Of a stretch of DNA of 64,000 nucleotides, positions 37,571 through 47,032 are shown one piece after another. Position numbers and translations under genes: made by a program. Every line of letters starts with the position of its first letter. Position 1 is the stretch's first letter. Source of the stretch: an uncultured virus (IMG/VR IMGVR_UViG_3300020207_000019) (taxonomy: Duplodnaviria; Heunggongvirae; Uroviricota; Caudoviricetes); the IMG/VR virus record IMGVR_UViG_3300020207_000019. One strand, written 5' to 3'. Below the pieces are notes generated by a model. It saw only the letters and a list, made by a program, of their open reading frames with translations. It had not been told where the DNA came from and made no database searches.

Positions 37571-38616
37571 TATTGTATGCCGCTATATTGTAGTTTTAAC
37601 ATGGTGTATTTTCCTAATCTGCCTTGCTGACTTGGTTTTTTTTCTGCTCTAACGCCAGAATCACTTCTGATTGTCATAATTAATGTTTTTTTAATATTGC
37701 CTGATTGAACATCAATAAACCATCCTTGAACAGAACTTTTGTTTAAATAAGCTTTAAACTTTTTTATTGATGGTAATAAAGAAGCCAAATCATCCGATTT
37801 TTGACTTGCAGTTTTTCCAACAGCTTTAACTAATATTAAAGGCACCTCTACTTTGTTTGATTGTAAATTAAAATTATTTCTAATCCAATCTTTAAATTCT
37901 TTCAAAGAAAGTCTATTAATTACATCACATATTTGCTGACGAGAAACCAATAACATTTGATTATATAATTCATCAGCTTCTTTTTGATGATGTGTAAAAT
38001 ATGTAACATACAACGAAGTGACTTCATTTTTCTTTGTCATATAATTTGCTTTTGATGCTATGTCTTTTGCACCTGGAACTTTGGAATAAACTTTATTCCA
38101 CAATTCATCTTCAAGTTTTTTTAGTTCTTTTTCTTTTTTTAACTTTTTATATGTTGTTGCTACATATGTGTTTAAAAGAGGTTCTTTTGATGTTACTGTA
38201 CCAGCCTTTAAACTTATTCCTATTTTTTGTTTTGATTTAAAAAATACAAAAATATCTCCTGCGTGATTTGATGGAATACCAATAGGTTTTTCTCTGTATC
38301 CCCAAATAACCTTTTCAATAGGATTACTTTTATTCAATTCAAACAAAAAGTTACTAATACCTATTGCATTTTCCATTTTATCTTTATAGATAGCGGGCTT
38401 CATGGTATCTAAATTCTGAATCACTTTTTTACCGGCATCTATATTTGATGTATTAACAAATGTCTTTTTCACATTTGTGGTTGAAAAGTTTATTTTTTCC
38501 AAATATTTTCTTAAGTGTTCAACGGTTGAGCATTTATAATTGTTATTAAAAACCAATGCTGGAAAAAGTTCTGTAACACTAGCATTTTGTGTAGTATCAA
38601 CTCTTTTATCAACCAA
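37570..38616 (-). CDS. Lys-rich PD-(D/E)xK-like nuclease candidate
   Basis: TE near the N-terminus and GDIFV...GISLKAG; TTG start with AAGGAG RBS. Confidence 0.45.
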   Translation of the reverse strand: MVDKRVDTTQNASVTELFPALVFNNNYKCSTVEHLRKYLEKINFSTTNVKKTFVNTSNIDAGKKVIQNLDTMKPAIYKDKMENAIGISNFLFELNKSNPIEKVIWGYREKPIGIPSNHAGDIFVFFKSKQKIGISLKAGTVTSKEPLLNTYVATTYKKLKKEKELKKLEDELWNKVYSKVPGAKDIASKANYMTKKNEVTSLYVTYFTHHQKEADELYNQMLLVSRQQICDVINRLSLKEFKDWIRNNFNLQSNKVEVPLILVKAVGKTASQKSDDLASLLPSIKKFKAYLNKSSVQGWFIDVQSGNIKKTLIMTIRSDSGVRAEKKPSQQGRLGKYTMLKLQYSGIQ

Positions 38617-38622
38617 TTAAAA

Positions 38623-38650
38623 ACTCCTTTAATTTAATGGAGTATTTATG
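38623..38650 (-). promoter_or_regulatory. late promoter variant CATAAATA overlapping an RBS-sequestering hairpin
   Basis: Minus strand reads CATAAATA-CTCCATTAAATTAAAGGAGT-TTTAA-TTG. Confidence 0.55.
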
Positions 38651-38659
38651 CTAACATAA

Positions 38660-39778
38660 TTACCGTATTATGTCAAGCTCTTTATCGCCAGTCCAAACTT
38701 CTATATCAGTTCTAAGTCTTTGTTCTTCTACTAACTTATCATATCGGTTAGCTGCTTTATTCTTCCACCATTCTACAATGTTTTCTAAATGGTGTTTATC
38801 ATAGTTCTCTTTGTCTTCTATTAACTTATCAGTCTTACCTGTAACAACATCAACAAAGTTACTGAAACCATAATTTGAAGCATAATATCTTTTCTTTTCA
38901 GTTAGATTCAAAGCGTTCTGAATAGTTTTCATAAACTTATCATATTCAGGTTCGCCTTTGAGTGCAACTTTAGTGAGTGATATTATCTTGTTTGATATTT
39001 TAAGTTTGCGTGATGAGGCATCTAACGGAACAATTTCATCACCAATGGCTTCTTCAACATATGATTTAAGGTCATCATATGGTTTGCCGTGCATCATTGG
39101 TAAAAAGTCTGAATCTGTTAGACCTTTGAAACGAAGATATGGCTTCATACCATCGTATTGTGAGGACGCCTTGGAACTTCCATATAAACTTGTTGTTTCA
39201 AACAAACAGGTATTCATATTATATTTGGCATTTAGCCTTTCACGAACCCAATGTGAACAACAAATGGCAGCCAGCAATTTACCGCCAAGATAATTAAAAC
39301 CAAAAGGCTGAGATGGCACAATCACAAAGCCCATTATTGAGGTTTTATTAAATGCTTCAGCTCCTTCTTTGGTTTGGGTGAAAACCTGGCCTAGCATTTC
39401 ATTTCTTGGTTTCATGTTAATTACTGGAGAACCAAGGCGTATAAACCCAACCCACTTCTTTGTATGTTTTTCCAAAACGGCCAATCTTAAACAGCGACCG
39501 GGAATACTTGTCATATTAGAGTGAGATGAAATCATATTGAGATAGATATCCCAATTTTCTTGTGGCAATTCTACAATCTCAAAATCCATATCATGTGGAT
39601 GAATTGTAAAATCGGAAAATAAATCTTCTTCTGGTCCCATACCAGGCAGAACAAACGGTCTATCTGATAATGAGTTTAGTTTTTGGTCACGAATATAGTC
39701 ATCAATGCGTTCAAATCGGTCAAAGTAATTAGAATAGGCTTGGGCACAATGAAGTGCTTGGTCTTTAGTTAGCTTCAT
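38660..39778 (-). CDS. DruA/DUF4338-like (Mom-related GNAT-fold) protein
   Basis: GFIRLGSP...PRN, IVPSQPFGFNYLGGKLLA, ETTSLYG...SQYD. Confidence 0.65.
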   Translation of the reverse strand: MKLTKDQALHCAQAYSNYFDRFERIDDYIRDQKLNSLSDRPFVLPGMGPEEDLFSDFTIHPHDMDFEIVELPQENWDIYLNMISSHSNMTSIPGRCLRLAVLEKHTKKWVGFIRLGSPVINMKPRNEMLGQVFTQTKEGAEAFNKTSIMGFVIVPSQPFGFNYLGGKLLAAICCSHWVRERLNAKYNMNTCLFETTSLYGSSKASSQYDGMKPYLRFKGLTDSDFLPMMHGKPYDDLKSYVEEAIGDEIVPLDASSRKLKISNKIISLTKVALKGEPEYDKFMKTIQNALNLTEKKRYYASNYGFSNFVDVVTGKTDKLIEDKENYDKHHLENIVEWWKNKAANRYDKLVEEQRLRTDIEVWTGDKELDIIR

Positions 39779-41178
39779 ACTTTAAAGTCATCAAATGATT
39801 TATTGAATTTGTTTTCTCTGTCACCAAATGTGTTGATTGGTTTGTCATCGTCATCATTACCAACATCAGCAAGACCAATCTGAGCAGATGATTCAGCATC
39901 ATACAATCTCATTTTACCTCTATCGATACCAACGACAAAGCGTTTGTAATAGTTTGGGTCAGAATAACGATTCTTCAATTGTTTAATCATTATTTGACCA
40001 AGGTTATCAAGTTCTTCATTTGATATTAAGGCAAACATAAAGTCAGCGGTCGCTGGAAGACCAAATGATTCTGAGGTATCTTCAAGACCTGGATCCGAAT
40101 TGGTAAAACCAGACCTTGTTGTTTGTGTTGCTGATACGATTGGAACATTTGCCTCGACTGCCAGGCCTCTTAACTCTTCAGCGATAGACTTGATGTATGA
40201 ATAAGTATTTACATTTGAACCAGGTCTTACCCTTGCTGATGTGCATATGTTTAGATAATCAATAAAGATAATATCAGGTTTAAATGTTTTCTTTAATGCA
40301 AGTTCATTAATCAAAGACCTGAAATGTAAAGCTGAAGCAGCCGCAGTTGGATATTCTTTGATGATTAATTTGCCATGAGTTTTACTTCTAAGCATTTCAA
40401 ACTTACGATTATAATCTTTTTTACTCATGGTGTGAAGCTCTGTCATAGATACATCAAGTAAGTTAGCATCAATTCTTTCAGCAATCTTTTCTTCGGCCAT
40501 TTCTAATGTGATATACAAAACATTATGGCCTTGTGATAAACAACCAGCCGCCATATGACACATAAACAAAGATTTACCAACACCGGTACCAGCAAGTGCG
40601 ATGTTCAAAGTTTTAACTGGCAGACCGCCTTTGGTAATTTTGTTGAATAAGTCCAAATCAAAACGAATTCTGGATTCTACTTTATGATAAGAATCGAATC
40701 GTGTATCAGAATCTTCCGTGTAATCATGGCCAACATGACTATCAAATGAAACACCAAGAGCGTCAGACAATAATTTTGGTATCTCACCTTTTGTTTTGCC
40801 TTGTTGTTTGTTATCTAGGATTGATACAGAATCCATGATGGCGTTATAGATGGCTTTATCTTGGCAAAACTTTTCAGTTTCACCAATTAACCAGTTTGTG
40901 TCGGTTGGTTCATCTTTAGCCAGATGGATTTCTTTGAGTAATTCAATTGAATCACCAACTTGTGTTTCTGATAAATCTTTTTTCTCTGTAAAATTAATTA
41001 CAAGAGCTTCATGTGTTGGTGGATTTTTGAACTTCTGAATGAAGTCAAAAATTTCTTGGAAAACTATCTTTTCAGTGTTGTCTGAAAAGTAATCTTGTTT
41101 TACAAACGGTAAAACCTTTCTAGTGTATTCTTCATTGTAAATGAGATTCTTTAAAATTGTTGATTCTAGTCTGTTCAT
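39775..41178 (-). CDS. T4 gp41-like replicative helicase
   Basis: AGTGVGKS, IDYLNI and SESFGLPATAD. Confidence 0.95.
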   Translation of the reverse strand: MNRLESTILKNLIYNEEYTRKVLPFVKQDYFSDNTEKIVFQEIFDFIQKFKNPPTHEALVINFTEKKDLSETQVGDSIELLKEIHLAKDEPTDTNWLIGETEKFCQDKAIYNAIMDSVSILDNKQQGKTKGEIPKLLSDALGVSFDSHVGHDYTEDSDTRFDSYHKVESRIRFDLDLFNKITKGGLPVKTLNIALAGTGVGKSLFMCHMAAGCLSQGHNVLYITLEMAEEKIAERIDANLLDVSMTELHTMSKKDYNRKFEMLRSKTHGKLIIKEYPTAAASALHFRSLINELALKKTFKPDIIFIDYLNICTSARVRPGSNVNTYSYIKSIAEELRGLAVEANVPIVSATQTTRSGFTNSDPGLEDTSESFGLPATADFMFALISNEELDNLGQIMIKQLKNRYSDPNYYKRFVVGIDRGKMRLYDAESSAQIGLADVGNDDDDKPINTFGDRENKFNKSFDDFKV

Positions 41179-41551
41179 CTTGTTTTTGTGCCATTATAAT
41201 ATCTGAAAGTATATCACCCATAATGGTAATAAACTTTTCATCTTTTGTCAAGTCATCTATATCATGTTCGCCAGGTTGTAATATAGTATAACCAAACTCT
41301 AATTTAGCACCCTCGCCTTGCTCAACAACTCTCGCTTTGTGATAGTGATATAAAACACCCTTATATTCCTCTATAAACAAACCAATCGCTGTTACAGGTG
41401 CATCTTCAAAAGTATAACCGTCAGGATTGACAAATTGCCAATCTATTCCTTCTTCATACTTAACTTTCTGTTGTTTCTTCGTCATCTTGTTCCATAATAG
41501 GCTGAGATGATAAATCAATCTCTCCCATAATGTTAGAGTAGGCAATTTCAT
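41132..41551 (-). CDS. hypothetical protein at the T4 gp40 position
   Basis: Lies between uvsX and gp41; the real start is probably downstream (MTKKQQ). Confidence 0.5.
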   Translation of the reverse strand: MKLPTLTLWERLIYHLSLLWNKMTKKQQKVKYEEGIDWQFVNPDGYTFEDAPVTAIGLFIEEYKGVLYHYHKARVVEQGEGAKLEFGYTILQPGEHDIDDLTKDEKFITIMGDILSDIIMAQKQDEQTRINNFKESHLQ

Positions 41552-42542
41552 ATTTTTTCTTCACATAGTCTTGGAATTCAGGATTATCTAAAAGCGATTG
41601 CATAAATTGTTTTGTCTGTGTATCAGCCATTCTTACTTTATCGCCAAGCTCACCAGTCTTTTTATCAACCTTAGCATACCAACCTGGACTTGGTTTATGA
41701 ACAAAACCACCTTCAAGTGCAATATCAATCAAACCAGAATATTTCTGTATGCCGCCTTCCCATGATACTGTAATAGGAATTTTAGATTTCTCTTTTACAT
41801 ATCTAGATTTTTCAACATTGATAATAAAGTTGTAACCTTTAATTTCTGTTCCATCTTTTTCTTGCTGGCGGCCAAGAATGTAGATATTGTCAGCAGAATA
41901 GTATGAACCTGTTCCACCACCAACGATATCTTTAGGGAACATTCCAATCTCTTTGTATGTATGATTTACTACAACCATTGGAATATCTTTTAGATTTAAA
42001 TGAGGTGTAATCATTCTAAACAATGACTTAACTTGTTTTGCACGAGACATATCTGCCACTGATTTACCATCAAGAGCATCATCAACTTCTTTTTTGGATG
42101 CCAAATTACCAATTGAATCAATGACAACAATAAGCTTATCACCTCGTTCAATGCTTTCTAATTGAGCCATCACATCAAATTTGAGTTCTTCAATATTGGT
42201 CAATGGACTATGTAACACTCTTTCCATATCAATACCAAATGTCTCAAAGTATTTTACAGGAGTACCAAACTCTGAATCATAAAACAATAACACAGCATCT
42301 TTATATTTGTCCATGTATGATTTTGCCATCAATAAACTAAATGCTGTCTTAAAGTGCTTAGAAGGCCCAGCCCACATTGTTAGACCCGGCGTCAGGCCAC
42401 CATCTAATCGACCAGATAGTGCAACATTGACCATTGGTATTGATGTTGTTACAATATCTTTTTCTGTAAAATATTTGGATTTGGAAAGAATAGAACTCTC
42501 TTTGATAGTTGAGTTCTTTTTAAGTTTTTCAAGTATGCTCAT
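41460..42542 (-). CDS. uvsX: UvsX RecA-like recombinase
   Basis: AGPSKHFKT, YDSEFG and DSIGNLAS. Confidence 0.95.
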   Translation of the reverse strand: MSILEKLKKNSTIKESSILSKSKYFTEKDIVTTSIPMVNVALSGRLDGGLTPGLTMWAGPSKHFKTAFSLLMAKSYMDKYKDAVLLFYDSEFGTPVKYFETFGIDMERVLHSPLTNIEELKFDVMAQLESIERGDKLIVVIDSIGNLASKKEVDDALDGKSVADMSRAKQVKSLFRMITPHLNLKDIPMVVVNHTYKEIGMFPKDIVGGGTGSYYSADNIYILGRQQEKDGTEIKGYNFIINVEKSRYVKEKSKIPITVSWEGGIQKYSGLIDIALEGGFVHKPSPGWYAKVDKKTGELGDKVRMADTQTKQFMQSLLDNPEFQDYVKKKYEIAYSNIMGEIDLSSQPIMEQDDEETTES

Positions 42543-42626
42543 TTAGAATGACCTCATAAGTATGATTGTATTATTATACACCTAAATTGTGTTTTATGTC
42601 AAGCATAAAATGGTTATTTACCTCAA

Positions 42627-43175
42627 TCATGGGTTTGATTTATGGTGGGGAACATCAAACACAAAAGTAATTCTTGTGCAGCCACCCACATTTTTTGTTC
42701 CGTGAGATAACTTATTATTGAACCACAGTAATGTGCCAGGTTCAACTCTATAAGTTTCTCCGCCAACGGTATAGTCGTATGTTCCTTGAATTGATAGGTG
42801 ATATCTGTCTTTGGAAAGATAGTAAGTGCCTTCATCAATATGTTGTCCAACTTCTGCATCTTTTTCAATAGATATAAATCCACATCGGCAATGGTTATGA
42901 AAGTTTCTTTTTAGAAATCTAACAATTTCAGTGTGTCTTTCATAAGCGGGTGTCTTTATATTTATCTCTGAATCTCCAACAAATTCATCAGGTCGTTCTA
43001 CACCACCAACTATCAATTGTAATACACCAGCTGAAAGATACATATAACCTCGGTCAAGTAATGATTCTTTTCCGTCAAGGTCTTTTTGTGATTCCCAATC
43101 ATCTGGATATTGTTCAAGTTGTTTCATTATCTTTGAAACATTAATACCTGTTTTTATGACACGAATATTATCCAA
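42627..43175 (-). CDS. aspartyl/asparaginyl beta-hydroxylase-like 2OG oxygenase
   Basis: HIDEG.YY...RYHL, WFNNK..H and RITFVFD. Confidence 0.8.
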   Translation of the reverse strand: MDNIRVIKTGINVSKIMKQLEQYPDDWESQKDLDGKESLLDRGYMYLSAGVLQLIVGGVERPDEFVGDSEINIKTPAYERHTEIVRFLKRNFHNHCRCGFISIEKDAEVGQHIDEGTYYLSKDRYHLSIQGTYDYTVGGETYRVEPGTLLWFNNKLSHGTKNVGGCTRITFVFDVPHHKSNP

Positions 43176-45711
43176 AGAAATCCTCCAATGAATTTACTTT
43201 TTCAGTTTGCCAACCAACACAATCTAAAATAATTTTAAGTGGGTCAAGGAAAGATTTCTCAAACTGTAATTCATAATCAACAAATTCATTAATACGAAAC
43301 TCTTTTGGTAAAGTGTTTGTAAATGAAATAACATCTGTTTTAAATATGTTTGGTTCTTTTAGATAGATAAACTTAATCTTTTCACCATCATTAATCTTTT
43401 GAAATCTTTTATTAAGTTTCATTTGTTCTATCATGTGATTGAAGACCAATGCACCTCGAACATGAATAGGTGTGCCTTTTGCCCATATTGTTTTACTGTT
43501 TGAATATTCTTTGAGACCATTCATTGACCTAGGGAAGGCAATATCTTCAACTCGAAGTGTTTTAAATTCTTGTCTGAATTCTTCAATATAATCTTGTAAT
43601 TTACTTTCATCACCAGATAATAATATCTTAAGTGATTCTTTAATCTTTTCTCTACAAGCAGCTGGTGTTGAAGATTTAATTGCTTCAAGACCTTGAATCT
43701 TCATTTGTGGTTCTGTAAATTGAACACCTTCTGAATTATGAACATTGAGAATATATCTTTTCTTGGCAGTCCAAACTGCTTTGTCAGCCAAGACTTCTCG
43801 CTTCATAGTCATCTTTTGACCATATGCGTTAATATATTGTGCAAGGTCAGAATAACTTTTATCAATAAAAGGTTGAATCTTTTCTTCACAAAATTTATCC
43901 ATGATTTCGATGGCTTTTGTGTTATCAATTTGTTTGCCTTCGTAAATTTTAGATATAAACGGTTCAAGGTTGAGATAAACCGAATCAGTATCCGATGCCA
44001 GAACATAGTCCATTCCTTGTGTCTGTAATATTTTATTTAAGAATTCATTTAGTCTTTTTTCAATCCAACGGATTGATAATTGACCAGCAAGTGTGATGCC
44101 TTCTGCCTGTCTTATGTCAAAGAAACGGAAGTATTCAGAGCCTAATGCACCGTAAGCTGAGTTTAAACATTCTTTTTTAGTTAATTGTAGATTAGCATAA
44201 CGAGAAACCAAAGCGCCATAGTCCGCTTTCTCTTGCGGTGTTTTAGCATTTTCATAATCTTGTTTTGCCTTTAACATAGCTGTCTTATACTTCGTTCTAT
44301 CATTATACATTTTTTCCAAGACTTCTGGTAGAAAACCTTGTTTGTCTTTTCTAAAGAACTGGCCATTTGGTGTCAGTGTATAATCTTTTACTTTTGATAA
44401 GTCAATTTCTTTTCGTAAAAGTTTTTCGATTGATATATTAGATGAGATAACATCTCGCATATCTTGTGTATAGTCTTCAGGATTGACAATTGTTTCTGGC
44501 GAAATGTTGTATTGCATCATCAAATGTGGATACAGTGAGTTCAAGTCAAACGATGCCACCCAATCAAACATACCGATTTGTGGGTCTTTTACATATGCAC
44601 CTTCATAAGCAGAACTTTTTCGATTGCCACTTTTTGGTGGTATTGCAATCTTTTTCTTATACAAATAATCGTGTGTGATAGCGTCCCACATTCTTACTTG
44701 AGTGAATATGTCATCATAATTTACCTTAGCATCATAAGCAATTGTAAGTGCCATTTCAATCAGTCGGCCTTTTTCATTAAGTTTTTCAACAAGTTCAACA
44801 TCTCGTATGTTATACTCAATGAATAACTGATAGTTCTTTTTATATAAGTCAAACAGACCTTCATATTCATCATATGCTATCTTTTTACCAACACCTTCTG
44901 CTTGTGCAACAGTGTCTAAACGATAGTTTTCTTGGTTTCTGTTTGGTGAAAACCGTCTAAACAATCTCATATAGTCTAGTGTGGCTACACCAGCAATTGT
45001 GCCAGTAACCATTGTTCGACCATAGAAAGTATCTTCTCTTGTTGATACTAGATTCCATGGTGATAATTTTTTCATCATGTCTTCACCAGCAATCTTGGTA
45101 AAACGATTGATGATATAAGGTATATCAAAACCATAAACATTCCAACCGGTGATTCCGTCTGGATAGTTTTTCTGCCAGAGAAACATAAATGCCTTAATCA
45201 AACTATATTCATCAGGACATTTTGTATAACTTACATCGTCACGGTGTTTTTGATAATCGCCTGTGCCAAAGACATAATAAGTTGGTTGATTTGAAAATTT
45301 GATTGTAATGGCTGTGATGGGTTCTGATGCTGTTTTAGGTTCAGGAAAACCATTCTCTGAACCAACTTCAATATCAATGTTAGCGATACAAAGGTCTGAA
45401 TAATTCCAATCTATAATTTCTTCTGGATTATTTTGTGAGATAAAAGGATATTCAAATCTATCGTTGCCGTAGATTTTGAAGTTATTGACATCTTTATATT
45501 TTTTTATAAAGTCACGAGCTTCACGAATAGAACCAAACTTCATAGGTTCTACTGGCTCGTTATGTAATGATTTCCATTCTGATTTCTTATTTGATGGAAC
45601 AAATAGTGTTGGAGAGTAATTTATTTTTTCTCTATGTCTTACTCCGTTTTTAACACCTCGGTAATATATGTTGTTTCCATAAACAAGAACATTAGTAAAG
45701 TAATTTCGCAT
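43168..45711 (-). CDS. T4 gp43-like family B DNA polymerase
   Basis: DIEV exonuclease motif, SFDLNSLYPH, K..LNSAYG and DTDS. Confidence 0.97.
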   Translation of the reverse strand: MRNYFTNVLVYGNNIYYRGVKNGVRHREKINYSPTLFVPSNKKSEWKSLHNEPVEPMKFGSIREARDFIKKYKDVNNFKIYGNDRFEYPFISQNNPEEIIDWNYSDLCIANIDIEVGSENGFPEPKTASEPITAITIKFSNQPTYYVFGTGDYQKHRDDVSYTKCPDEYSLIKAFMFLWQKNYPDGITGWNVYGFDIPYIINRFTKIAGEDMMKKLSPWNLVSTREDTFYGRTMVTGTIAGVATLDYMRLFRRFSPNRNQENYRLDTVAQAEGVGKKIAYDEYEGLFDLYKKNYQLFIEYNIRDVELVEKLNEKGRLIEMALTIAYDAKVNYDDIFTQVRMWDAITHDYLYKKKIAIPPKSGNRKSSAYEGAYVKDPQIGMFDWVASFDLNSLYPHLMMQYNISPETIVNPEDYTQDMRDVISSNISIEKLLRKEIDLSKVKDYTLTPNGQFFRKDKQGFLPEVLEKMYNDRTKYKTAMLKAKQDYENAKTPQEKADYGALVSRYANLQLTKKECLNSAYGALGSEYFRFFDIRQAEGITLAGQLSIRWIEKRLNEFLNKILQTQGMDYVLASDTDSVYLNLEPFISKIYEGKQIDNTKAIEIMDKFCEEKIQPFIDKSYSDLAQYINAYGQKMTMKREVLADKAVWTAKKRYILNVHNSEGVQFTEPQMKIQGLEAIKSSTPAACREKIKESLKILLSGDESKLQDYIEEFRQEFKTLRVEDIAFPRSMNGLKEYSNSKTIWAKGTPIHVRGALVFNHMIEQMKLNKRFQKINDGEKIKFIYLKEPNIFKTDVISFTNTLPKEFRINEFVDYELQFEKSFLDPLKIILDCVGWQTEKVNSLEDFFG

Positions 45712-46031
45712 TAAGTCGCTTTTCTAATTGCTTGTAGTTCTTCTGGTGTAGCCATTTGAATGCCTGAACCAAATATCTTACTGTATTGATTCACAACATC
45801 TTTGATTGGTGTGGTGATACACAAAACATTATCCATATCAAATTCAATACCCGTTTTAAACTCTTCACTAAATTCTAAAAACGGTGCAAAACCCATCATC
45901 GCTTGACCGTCTTTGCCCATTTGTGAATATATCTGAACGGGTTTTTTGATTTTAACTTTGTTTTCTTTTGTGCAATCAACTTGGCCAATGATTGACTGGT
46001 TTGTTTTAAATGTAATTATTAAAGTATCCAT
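45711..46031 (-). CDS. conserved T4-like hypothetical protein
   Basis: Typical small gene upstream of gp43; QY.KIFGSGI. Confidence 0.65.
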   Translation of the reverse strand: MDTLIITFKTNQSIIGQVDCTKENKVKIKKPVQIYSQMGKDGQAMMGFAPFLEFSEEFKTGIEFDMDNVLCITTPIKDVVNQYSKIFGSGIQMATPEELQAIRKAT

Positions 46032-46051
46032 ATGTGTCCATTATAATATAT

Positions 46052-46510
46052 TTAATCTTTATTTGAGGTAATCTTTTCAAGTTGACTTTGATATGTCCTA
46101 TTTCTTAATTCGGTTGAACTAAATCGGTGAGAACGGCCATTGAATACTATATCAATGTTTCTTTCTACACAAATATTTTTACCCGTAAATTCTTTGTCTC
46201 TGTATTCCTCACCAATAATACGAACATTGAGTGGTAAGAACATAAGTAAATCTTCTAAATCTTTTTCCGTTTCATAGACGATAATTTCATCAACATATTT
46301 TACGGCAGATAGTTGAACATAGCGCTCAACAATAGATTGAATTGGTTTGCTTTTTAAATCCGGCCTGTCAATAGATGGATTAGTTTGTAAACCACATATG
46401 AGATAATCACAATATTGTTTTGCTTCTTCGAGCATCAAAATGTGGCCTGCATGAAGTAAGTCAAATGTAGAGCAGGTAAATCCAACTCCGTTTTTTGGTC
46501 TTGTCATCAT
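46052..46510 (-). CDS. TagD-like cytidylyltransferase
   Basis: FDLLHAGH, KYVDEII and RSHRFSSTELR. Confidence 0.85.
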   Translation of the reverse strand: MMTRPKNGVGFTCSTFDLLHAGHILMLEEAKQYCDYLICGLQTNPSIDRPDLKSKPIQSIVERYVQLSAVKYVDEIIVYETEKDLEDLLMFLPLNVRIIGEEYRDKEFTGKNICVERNIDIVFNGRSHRFSSTELRNRTYQSQLEKITSNKD

Positions 46511-46522
46511 ATAGTAAACTCC

Positions 46523-46551
46523 AAAAAATAAAGGGAACCGAAGTTCCCTCT
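46523..46551 (-). terminator. intrinsic terminator with cUUCGg loop after pqqA
   Basis: AGGGAAC-TTCG-GTTCCCT followed by TTATTTTT. Confidence 0.85.
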
Positions 46552-46578
46552 ATTACTTTTTTTCTTAACAGAAAATGA

Positions 46579-46650
46579 TTACTTGTTCATTACATACATT
46601 GTAACTTCGAAGCCAAAACGCATTTCTGTTGCAGCTGGTTTAGTCCACAT
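46579..46650 (-). CDS. pqqA: PQQ precursor peptide PqqA (23 aa, not in ORF track)
   Basis: MWTKPAATEMRFGFEVTMYVMNK contains the W..P...R.GFEVT.Y pattern (ExxxY). AAGGAG RBS is 7 nt upstream. Confidence 0.95.
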   Translation of the reverse strand: MWTKPAATEMRFGFEVTMYVMNK

Positions 46651-46654
46651 AGTG

Positions 46655-46790
46655 TTTCTCCTTGATTAGGTTTTAAAATCTAATCAGCTCAGCAGAGAGT
46701 ATTTCTACAAAGTCTGCCTTGAGATTCATCAAATAACATAATTTATTTGACGCTACTATATTATACCAAAACTCAGCTAAAAGCAATAGA
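46655..46790 (-). promoter_or_regulatory. pqqA promoter and structured 5' leader
   Basis: TTGCTT...TGGTATAAT (extended -10), followed by three hairpins before the RBS. Confidence 0.6.
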
Positions 46791-46808
46791 GAAAATCATT
46801 AATTAAAA

Positions 46809-47021
46809 CTAATTAACTGTTTTTTTAGACTTTTTTGTTTCTTTAGTGTCTTCTTCGGTTGTAGCTGTTTGTTCAGCTTCTTGTTGCATAGCAGCAAATT
46901 GTGGTTCAGCTTGTTCTTTAATTTTACGAATTAGGTTAAAAACCTCATCAAAGGGGTGTTTACCTAGTGATCTAAGAACGGTGTTAATTTCCTGCACTTC
47001 AAGTTCTAATTTTAAAGCCAT
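46809..47021 (-). CDS. small hypothetical protein
   Basis: LG..PF.EV..LI.KI..QA..Q motif; AAGGA RBS. Confidence 0.65.
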   Translation of the reverse strand: MALKLELEVQEINTVLRSLGKHPFDEVFNLIRKIKEQAEPQFAAMQQEAEQTATTEEDTKETKKSKKTVN

Positions 47022-47032
47022 AGTTATTTTCC

